Source of the DNA: Zygnema circumcarinatum SAG 698-1b
Lineage: Eukaryota; Plantae; Zygnematophyceae
Direction: 5' to 3'
NCBI GenBank assembly: GCA_037447605.1
Contig: CM074819.1
Coordinates: 558,001-622,000 of the forward strand
Length of the DNA: 64,000 bases
The position numbers and the translations under genes are program-made. Each line of letters opens with the position of its first letter. The first letter of the stretch is position 1. Of the stretch, positions 19,816 through 29,538 are shown piece by piece. The notes under the pieces were generated by a model. The model was not told the DNA's origin. It made no database searches and saw only the letters and a program-made list of their open reading frames with translations.

Positions 19816-21569
19816 TGACAAGGGTTTCTAGGGTTTTTAAGGGTTTTTCTAAAAGCCCTAAAATTCGACCAGACCAATTTTTCAGGGCTACCGTAATTTG
19901 CCCCACCCCCATTTCTATGAATGGCAAACTTCCGTGCCCGTTTACACGGACGATAGCTGTCACAGTTAAGCTGAGATCCGTCGGCATTGTCAAGGGTCAT
20001 ACTACCGGCACATTGCAGATCTCCCTGTGCACGCCCCAACCTCAAGACGACCAATTAGAGGTTGCCAAGTGGCATTGCTGACGTTGCTTGGCAGTGTGTA
20101 GGGCCGTACAAAATGGCAGATGCTGCTCACCCGGGCGGGATGGCTTGTCGTATACGAAGTAGCTTGTGAACGTAACGAGCCACTGAATTATAAGCTTGTG
20201 TACAAATTGCCAAATGACGTCAGTAATGCCACGTGACCTTATCTTATCGGTCGAGAATAGATTCTTATGTGAACTAAGAGATCTGCTACGTGTTATTCGG
20301 GATTCCTAGTCAATCATTATGTACGTACATACAAGTGTACGGTACAGAAAATGTACGGACAACAGCTGACAATACAACTTGAAGATGATTGAACGTCAGA
20401 AATTGTTAGAATATTCCGAAAGATTCTGTACGGAAAAGATACGGATCCACCTGACAATTCAACGAAGTCCAGTGTGCGCATAGCAATATTGTTTTCCCTT
20501 TTTGTTAGGATTACACAGCTTTTTTGTCTAGACACACACCTTTTCTCGCCAGGCTGATTTTATTTTAGGGTTTTCGGGGGAGTCAGACATTGACCATCGC
20601 GTACTTAATTCCCGAATTTAGTATACTAAAAGTGAAAGTCTCGTGTACGAATTCCGGGTCGGGATCCGCGGCTCCGCCGTACATAGCCGTACCAAAATGC
20701 GTACCTGGCTAATGCTCAAATTGGCCCGACAGGCTTGCTTAATTGATTTGGCGATGGTGAATGTCTGACTCCCCCTGTTGGGTGTTTTTTTTTCTTTTTT
20801 GAGGTGTTTATCTAGACAGAAAAGCTGTGTAAATAGCATTTCTTTTTTTGAGAAAAAAAAATTGAGCAAATCTGGATTTTTGTGGCGTATCGTATTTTGC
20901 TTTCCATATCGCCAGACCGTACGGTGAATTTTTCGGCTCAAGCTTCCGAAAGGCCACGTGTCGCCAGCCGACAGCTCCTCAAAGGCCGTTTACCCCATTT
21001 GTACCCGACAATTCCAACAGATTCTGAATTTCCGAGTTAATTTTTCCAAGGCTTCCCTTCCCGGACGGGCTTGGCAAAGGCTGCGCTCATTATCGACCGT
21101 TAGATGTATCTCCCGCGCGATCACAGCCGTCCGATCTCCATTTTTCAGCCTGCAGACAAGGCTAGCCGCCCTTTAGCCGTACAGTCCATCCGTACAGTCC
21201 GACGACGTTTGGGCGTCCCAAAAATCTTATGTTCTGCCCAAAAGTTCGGGCAAATTTTGAGACCTTTTTCCTACCCGTTCCTGCCCTGCCCTACGGCATG
21301 AAACGTTTCATCCTGCCCGAACGGCCTCTTCTTTCCAATCAGAACGTCGCTTTACACGCGTAAAAAACATTCATTCTGCCCCCTGCCCGTTTCAATCCCA
21401 AAAAAACCATAATTCTCCCCTCCACCTCTTCCCGCCTTCTCCCCAGCCTTGGTAGGTGGCCATGGCCGTCTCAGGCTCGGCCCTCACACTCCGCGCCCTG
21501 CACACCCCCCCCCCCCTGAACCCTGCTGCCTCTCCCTAATGCCTCGTCCTCCAAATAATGAATTTTAAA

Positions 21570-21720
21570 CTCGAAACTTTGAACCCTGAACCCTATTCGT
21601 TGAACCCTAAACCCTGAACCTCAAGCCCTGAACCCTAGACAATGAACCCTGAACCCTAGACCCTAAACCCCTAACCCTAAGCCCTGAACCCTGAACCCTG
21701 AACCCTGAACCCTACCCCCT
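21570..21720. repeat. Degenerate telomere-like (AAACCCT/GAACCCT)n array immediately upstream of ATG 21731
   Basis: Repeated aaccctaa and aaccctga units. Confidence 0.85.
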
Positions 21721-21730
21721 GACTCCTGCA

Positions 21731-24700
21731 ATGGCCCACCCGAAGTACGAGCTGAATGTGGTGATGTCCGGCCCCGGCGAGGATCTGGAGCTTCCGGATT
21801 TCGCGGCGCTGGAGGCGCTGGAGAGCCTTGGGGCGCACGTGGGAGGGATCCCGCACTATGCGGAGGACATGGCGTACGGAGCAGGTGGGGGGGGGGGGGG
21901 AAGCAGCGGGGGGAGCGGGGGGAGCCTCAAGGGCCCATCTTCCGCCACCTCAGTCAACGACTCGTCCTCGGATTGGCAGGCGCCCTTTGGAGGGTCGTTC
22001 GGCCAGCAGCACCTAAATTCGCTGGTAGGGCTCCAGGCGGTTTTCAGGGTTTAGGGTTTAGGGTTGAGGGATTAGGTTACGGTGCAGGGTTTAAGGTTCA
22101 GAGTCTAGGGTGTAGGGATTAGGTTTCAGAGTTTAGGGTCGAGGGATTAGGTTAGGGTTGAGGGATTAGGTTAGGGTTCAGGGATTAGGGATCAGAGTTT
22201 AGGGGTTAGGGCTTGGGGTTTAGGTTAGTGTTCGGGGTTTAGGTTAGAGTTTAGGGTTCATTGGTCAGGGTTCACGGTCTAGGTGAGAGGGTTAAGGGTC
22301 AGGGTTCAGCGTGTAGACTTCAAGGTTCAGGGCTCGAGATTCAGTGTTCAAGTTGCAAGGTGGAGGCGTCAGGTTCAGGAATTAGGGTTCGGACTTTGGT
22401 GTCAGGGTTCATGGCCCCGGGATGCGAGGTTGAGAGCTTCAGGTTCAGGGTTCAAGAGTCAAGGTTCGTAGTTTAGAATTTAAGAGGGTTCAGGGTTTAG
22501 ATTTTGAGTTTAGAGTTTTAATTCAAGGTTCAGGATTATGGTTTAGGGGGTGAGAGTCAGAGGTCTTTGAGCTGTTAGTGTTTAGAGATGTGTCGGGGGC
22601 TAGGGTTCAGGGATTTCTGGTGAGGGTGCAGATTTTGGGAGAGGGGGGGGTGGGGGGAAGAGGAGAGGGAGGAAAAAGGTAGGGTTCAGAGACCGGGAAA
22701 AGGGGTGTATCTTCAGGGGGGGAGCTCAGTGGAGGGCGAGAGATTGGCTTTGGGTGTCCTCACTCCTCACGGCAGGGTTCAAGTTGACGGATTGTATGTG
22801 AGCTCATGCATGCATGCATGTGTGAGCCATATGAGTCAAGGACAATTGGATATGAGGAGGGTATGTGTGTCCTCCTCAAACAAATGTATGATTGAATTTC
22901 ATTCCCTTGCTGTAATGCAGCTGGGAATCGGAGGCCTTGTGGGGAATAACATCAGTGTGGAGCAAGCGCTGACTATGAGCATAGCGCGGTCGGAGTCGGA
23001 GAACCGCAAGATCAAGCAGGAGAGGGACCACTTGGGGGAGGAGTGCAAGAAGCTAATGCAGGACAAGGCGGCGCTGGAGGAACGGATCCGCCGCTTTGAA
23101 GTGCTTGTGCAGAGCATGGGGATGTCGGCCTTCCAGCAGGCCATGCAGACGCTCAAGGATGCCTTCGATCAGGTGGGTGGGAGGGAGGGAGGTAGGGAGG
23201 GAGGGAGGGAGGGGGGGAGGGTGGGTGGTAGGTGTTTGGAGTGGGGGGAGGAGAGGGAGGGAGAGAGGGTGGTAGGTGTGGGGGTGGGGGAAGAGGGAGG
23301 GAGGCAGGGTGGTAAGTGTAGAAGTGGGGGGGGAGAGGGAGGAAAGGGGGAGGGAAGGAGACCGGGATTGGGGGGGAGAGGTAGAGAGGAGACGGGAGAA
23401 GGGGAGGGAGGGAGGAAGGGAGAGAGGGAGAGTGGTAGGGAAGGGAGTGTGGGGGAGGAGAGGCAGAGTGGGGGGGGGTTAGTGGGAGAATTGGGGGAAG
23501 TGGGAGGGAGCAAAGGGCAAGGGCGGGAGGTAGAGAGCGAGAGGGAGGGTGGTAAGGGAGGGAGTGGTGGGGGGAGGGGAGGAAGACAAAGTGGGAGGGA
23601 GGGAGGCAGGGAATGGGGGGGAGGGGAGGGAGTGGGAAAGAGTAGTAGAGGGGCAGATTGAGCGAGAATATGAGAGAAAGATATTTAGAGCGGTCGTCTG
23701 AGGAGACACGAAGGTATAGTCAAGTGAGAGAGGGGCACTCAAGAAGTGAGCCCGGAGATAGAGATGGGAGTCAAGAAAGAGAGAGTTAAGGGCAAGCGAG
23801 AGTGGGAAACTCTATGATTCGAAGGAGGAAAGAGAAAAGAGGATAGAAAAACTCAACAGCAGAGTGACGAAACTTAAAATTATGCGGTTCACTCGGATCA
23901 GTTGAGTTATGTTCTTCCTGCAGTTAGAACGAAGAAGATGATGTTGTGAAAGGTCTTTCGTGTGAAAGGTTATCCCCATTGTCTTGACTTGCTTGAATTC
24001 CTCTCCTTGTCTTCCTTTTTTCATTTCAGGCCCCAATTCCTCGCGGAATTCGCTTTGCTCCGACAGATGTTGAAGTTTTTGATTATCTATCGAGGAAGCT
24101 TCGCGGAGCTCAGGAAGATGTGGGGCTTGACCGATTCTTAGTTCGAAGGCTGAGGGGAGTGCAAGATGCAGATGGACTCATTCCAGAAGTTGAACTTTTG
24201 AAGTTTCCAAGACCATGGCATCTTCCAGGTTTGGGAAGACCTCTTAATTTTGATGATTTGGGATTTTAAGTGGTTTATCGCTGCTTGTGAAGGTTTGTTT
24301 GGAGTGTTTTTGATAAGGTTTGAGTTTGGTGTGACTGAAAGTTGGAGCTTTTGAGTGTTGCTGGGGGGGGGGGGGGGGGGGGGGGNNNNNNNNNNGGGGG
24401 GGGGAAAGGTGTTTGTTGTATTTGATTTGCGTTATATGTAAGGAACTGTTAGGGTTTCTGTGTTCGCTATGTATTTCCTGAATTCCTGTAAATGCATTTA
24501 TGCTTTTAGAGCTCTTTGCTTGTGAATGCATTTTCATTTTGCATTCATTTTCGTTGTTGAATGCTGTGATAATGATGTCAATGATGATGTCAACGGTGGT
24601 GATGATGATTCGATTTCTTCCTTTCTTCCTCTTGAAATTTTCTGTTGTTTATTTTTCAGGATTGGATGTTGCCCCTGACGGAAAAGGGCAAGTTGGGTTC

Positions 24701-27679
24701 TACTTCGTTCGTCCTGAATGGCGACCAAATGAAAGAAGGAGGAGAAGGGAGGCAGATATGGCTGCCCGGGATGGAAAACCTCCCTGCTGGAAAGAGTCTT
24801 GCCAACCCACTACCTTTGATGATCTAAGGAAAGAATATGGGGGAAAACCGGAAAGAAGAATGTTTAGATTCAAGCTGCCCGGAACGAGAGAGGGCCCTGC
24901 GGGAGAGAAGAAGGAGAAGTGGAAGATGTATGAGTATACACTCAAATCGGATGCGGAGATGTATGAAGATAGGAGGAATGGGTTGCCAGTATGGGTCATA
25001 TGTAAGGTGGTGAGAGAGGGACCTATGACGATAGATGAGATCGAAGAGCATGAGGAGAGGATGGGAGGGAGTGGTTTTCCTGGCAACGGTAACGGAAATT
25101 TCTTTAACGGAAGTTTAGGGAGAGGTTTTGGGGTTCAGGATGGGTCATCTTCGTCGGGTACAGGGGGTTCAGGAGTTACAGGTTCAGGACATAACTATGG
25201 AGGAGGGTTTGGAGGAGGAGCAATGCAGTATGGGTTGATGCATGCAGGAGGAGAGGTAGGGGAGGGAGTGAAGGGTTCAGGAGTCTCTCTTAACCCTAAA
25301 ACCCTGAACCGGGGGTTAATAGAATGGTTGCAGTCAGTGCCCCCCCCTCCCGCTCTGAAAGATCGAAGGCTGAGTGGTCTAGAGAGTAACAATCCGAAGG
25401 GATTGGCTGCTCTTTTACAGAACGTGTTGGCTGGGAGAGTGGGAGGAGAGAGAGAGAGAGAGAGGGAGAGAGTGACACCTGTTGCTGGATGGATGGCGGG
25501 ATTCCCAGATGCTCAGAAGGTAGTGGGAGCTCTACTGGAAGACTTCTTTGTTAGTAAGCTGGTGGTGAAGTTGAGACCGGTGGAAAAGGGAGAGAGAGGG
25601 GGAGAGAGAGGAGAGAGAGGGGGAGAGAGAGGGGAGAGGGGGTTGCAACCTCCGAGCTGGAGGAGAGCCCTCACAGATGAAGACTGGAAAAGGAGAGAGG
25701 GAGAGGGAGAGGAGGAGGAGGAAGAGCTCCCTCCCGAAGATTCAGAAGAAGAAGATTCGGAAACTGAATGCGAATTTGACGAAGAAGATGGATCATTCAA
25801 ACCCATTTCTGGGAGCGAATTAGATTCACTCGCTACTAACATGCTGACCGAAGTGAAAAACTTATCTAACGCACTTGCAGCTTCCTCAGAAAAAGAAATT
25901 TCCGGTCGGCTGAAAGGTTTTCTCTCACAAACTTCAGTTGTTCTCTCCGAGTTCATTAGCCAGGCGGGACGTGACGAACCGGCTGCCCAACTTTGGCTCG
26001 AGTCACTTCAGGACAGTCTGAGTAAAGTTCGGGCAGTGATAGAGAGCTTAGCAGGTGACTCACAATCGAGAATTTTTTTACTCGTAAAAAGTCCGGAAAT
26101 GGCCATTCAGGCTCAGACAGCTGTCAGACGATTAGCTCATGTTCTCTCTCTCCTTCCAAATGTACATTTGGATTTTATGTCGGCAGATGTACGGCGACAA
26201 TTGGGTGAGCTAAAAGGGGCTATGGTGAGTGAAAATTTTGCTCCCATGGCTTCTACAGTGAAAGCTCTGAGTAAACTTCTTCAGATAGCAGTGAATGGAG
26301 GGAAATTGGGAGGTCAAGGAGAGGATGAGAAGGGAGAACATACGGAAAAAGTCGAAAAAAATCGCGATTTCGATTTCAGTACTGACGATATTGCGGGAAT
26401 CAAAGCTCTGAATCAGTTGAAGGAAGCTTTACTGGGATTTTCAAACAATTCGGGTCCGAAAAATTTCACGTATCCGTCCCCTGTGATGAGTAATCTTGTG
26501 ATTGAAGTGTTTTCTCTCGTTGGGGTTGAGTGGGACTCTTCCGCGGTTGAGATAGAATTGGAACGACTCGAGAAAGTTTCGGAAGGCGAGAAAAAGAAGA
26601 AAATTGTGGTGAAAAATGTGAAGAAGGAGGAGGAAGAAGATGCAGCTTTGGCTGAGGGAGTGATCGCTTTATTGAAAGCATTCTCTTCAGGAGGTGCAGT
26701 TACCAACATGGAACAAGAAGAAATGAAAGGAGTAGAGAAGAAGGGGAAAGCAGTCGATTTCGACATAGAACTGCCGTTGCCAGCTCCGTTAGTCTACAGT
26801 TGCAGAGTGTTCAGCCAATCCGAAGTGGATAGTGTACAAGGAGAGAGGGTACAAGACGTGCTTTCAGGAAACTTGAATGGAGTTCCCGTAAGTTTGGTAT
26901 ATGTAGACCAAAACAAAGTTTCTGAAATCGCATTACACCGAGAAGTAGAAGCTGTGGCAGCAATTCGGCATCCAAATATCGCCTCTCTGATTGGCTGCTG
27001 CCCAGAATCAGCCTGCTTAGTCTATGAGAAACTGCCACCTGGCAGTTTAGAAGACTACCTACAACAGTCTGCCGGAACTCCCCGTTTCCCAGAAATTCCT
27101 CTCTCCTGGTCAACCCGATTCCGAATCATCCACGAAATTGCCTCTGCTTTAGCCTTTCTCCACGACCGAAAAGTCCTTCACCGTGATGTACGACCTGCAA
27201 ACATCATGATAGGCTGGGAATCCCCACAAACCCTAAAAAATGGACCCAAAAACTGGCCTGTTGAACAGACCCCCGGAGCAACAATAGTGAGCAAACTTGC
27301 TAGAGTCGGAGTAGCTGCTCTTGGACGAGAACATGAACCCGGAAAAACCCCCATGGATGTAGATGGTCTATATCTCGACCCCGCATTTGCTCGCTCAGAA
27401 TGCTTCTTTGTTCCTGCTGCCGATGTATATGCATTGGGAGTTATTATGGCCCAACTTTTGACCGGCCGCCATCCCCCCAGTGCGGTCAGAGCGGTCGCCT
27501 CCGCCTTTGACGGAGGCAGAAAAACGGTCCAATCGGTCTTAGACGGGCGGGCGGGGGAGTGGCCATTGAGAGAGGCGGAGGAGGTAGCGCGGGCCGCGTG
27601 GAGGTGTTCGATGTTGGAGAGGGCGGCGAGGCCGGAGTTAAAGGAGGTCCTGCCGGCGCTGGCGAAGGTGAGGGTTTAG
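21731..27679 (+). CDS. Multidomain fusion protein (~1250 aa): coiled-coil/leucine zipper - divergent NAC domain - MLKL-NTD/UND-like helical bundle - RLCK-IX/PUB-type pseudokinase
   Basis: Exons 21731-22024, 22921-23172, 24030-24228, 24660-27679 are in phase. NAC motifs: IPRGIRFAPTDVEVFDYLSRKL, IPEVELLKFPRPWHLP, FYFVRP, CWKES, KWKMYEYTL, WVICKV. The same ORF continues to a helical bundle (LQDSLSKVRAVIE..SRIFLLV..LAHVLSLLP..SADVRRQL) and a kinase fold (IRHPNIASLIGCCPESACLVYE, LSWSTRFRI, HRDVRPANI, YLDP, DVYALG, WP..EAE). A possible AAG|GTGAG donor at 27667 may add a short last exon at ~28871. Confidence 0.85.
22045..22620. repeat. Degenerate telomere-like (TTTAGGG/TTCAGGG)n array in intron 1 of the fusion gene
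   Basis: Repeated gggtttag, gggttag and gggttcag units over about 570 bp. Confidence 0.85.
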
Positions 27680-27819
27680 GGTTTAGGGAGGGGGGAGGGT
27701 GGAGGAGGGGAGGAGGGGGAGGGAGGGGGGGGAGGGGGTAGGGGGAGGGGGAGGGAGGGGGTGGGGGGTGGGGGGAGGGGTGGGAGGGGGAGAAGGGGGG
27801 AGGGGGAGGGGGGGGGGGG

Positions 27820-27884
<65 letters not shown>

Positions 27885-28745
27885 GGGGGGGGAGGTGGGG
27901 GAGGGGGGAGGGGGGAGGGGAGGGGAGGGGGGAGGGGGGGAGGGGGAGGGGGAGGAGGAAGGGGGATGGGAGAGGGGGAGGGAGGGAGGGGAGGGGGAGG
28001 GAGGGGAGGGGGAGAATGGGGGAGGGGGAGAAGGGGGGAGGGTGGAGGGGGGAGGGGGAGGGGGAGGGGGGGGGAGGGGAGGGGGGAGGAGTGGGGGAGG
28101 GGAGGAGGGGAGGGGGGAGGTGGGGGGAGGGGGAGGGGGAGGGGGGAGGGGGGAGGGTGGAGGGGGGAGGGGGAGGGGGAGGGGGGAGGGGGAGGAGGGG
28201 GAGGGGGGGGGGGAGGAGGAGGAGGAGGGGGAGGTGGAGGGGTGGAGGGGGAAGGGGGAGGGGGGAGGGGGGGAGGGGGGGGAGGGGGGGAGAGGGGGAG
28301 GGGGAGGGGGGGAGGAGGAGGGGAAGGGGGATGGGAGAGGGGGAGGAGGAGGGGAGGGGAGGGGGATGAGGGGAGGAGGGGGAGGTGGGGGGAGGGGGGG
28401 GGAGGGGGGGAGGGGGGAGGGGGGAGGGGGGAGGGAGGAGGGGGAAGGGGGATGGGAGAGGGGAGGGGAGGGGAGGGGGGAGGGGGAGGGGGAGGTGATG
28501 GGAGGGGAGGAGGGAGGGGAGGGGGGAGGGGGGAGGGGGGAGGAAGGGGGAGGGGGAGGGGGAGGGAGGTGAGGAAGTGGGGAGGAGGGAGGGAGGGGGA
28601 GGAGAGGGGACGGGGGATGGGGAGGGGAAAAGGGGAGGGGAGGGGGAATGTGGGGATGGGGGGGAGGGGGGGGAGGGGGGGAGGGGGAAGGGGAGGGTTG
28701 AGGGGGGATGGTTGAGGGGGGAGGGGGGAGGGGGTAGGGTTGAGG
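27676..28745. repeat. ~1.07-kb G-rich polypurine tract with long G runs
   Basis: Almost only G and A, with G homopolymers >40 nt around 27810-27870. It begins with TTTAGGG units. Confidence 0.85.
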
Positions 28746-29538
28746 TTTGAGGTTCAGTTCAGCTTAGCTCAGTCAGTTCACTTCAGTTCAGTTCAGTTGC
28801 GTTACATGCCAAAAATAACATCTGAACTCTCTATGCTGATTGATGATGATCTGATGTTTGCGGGGTTCAGGTGGCGGCGAATTGCTGATTCCTGAAGTGA
28901 TTTACGGAGGCGATCCGTATCCATGTAACTATGATAATTATGACAGTTGGCAGGTTTTCGGATTCACATGCGATGCATAAGAAAGGTTTACAGTTCAAAA
29001 AAGTAACCGTGTACCTATCTGAGGGTCTTTTTTTTTTTTTTCCCTTTTTTTTTTTTATCAGCCATGTACTGCCCAATTTCTTGGCCCTGGTGGTTGGTGG
29101 AGAAATTTAGGGTTTAAGGTTATACTTGGAATTTTAAGTTTAGGGGTTAGGGTTCAAGGCTCTGGTCTGTTGTATAGTAAACTTGGCATCAGAGGCTCAG
29201 TTTAAGGTATGAAACTTGGTTGAATGGGGATGTTGAATCAAGAAAAAGAGGTGGGTGTGAACAGGGAACATTTCTGAGCCTGTTTAGACTTGAAAACCTC
29301 GTCATCATTAGAGAAATTTATCTATATTTTATGTCTTGTGTGCTTTCGTTACGTTTGACTGAACCTCAAACCCCACATTATATAAAACCTCAACCCTAAA
29401 CCCCAAACCTTGAAACCTACCCCTTTATAAACCCTTAAGCCTACTCTACATCAACCCTACCCTGTAAACCCTAAACACCCACTCTGTTCCCTTCGCCCTC
29501 CCTCCGTCCTTTTTTGAATGCAATGTTTTGTTGCTCAC

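Noticed and set aside
21570-22620. Idea of an integrated telomere-capped minichromosome or linear element carrying ORF 21731-22054
   Set aside because: The enclosed sequence is exon 1 of a host gene that splices in phase to downstream exons, and the arrays are degenerate. The same applies at 40710-41630 and 36354-37740.
24500-24659. ATG 24500 as start of a stand-alone 1059-aa protein
   Set aside because: The first 53 codons are intron-like and end in a strong acceptor (ttttttcag, 24659). NAC subdomains A-B lie in the upstream exon.
27699-28715. Three overlapping Gly-rich ORFs (338, 225 and 202 aa)
   Set aside because: By-products of the poly-G/GA tract, with no coding signature.
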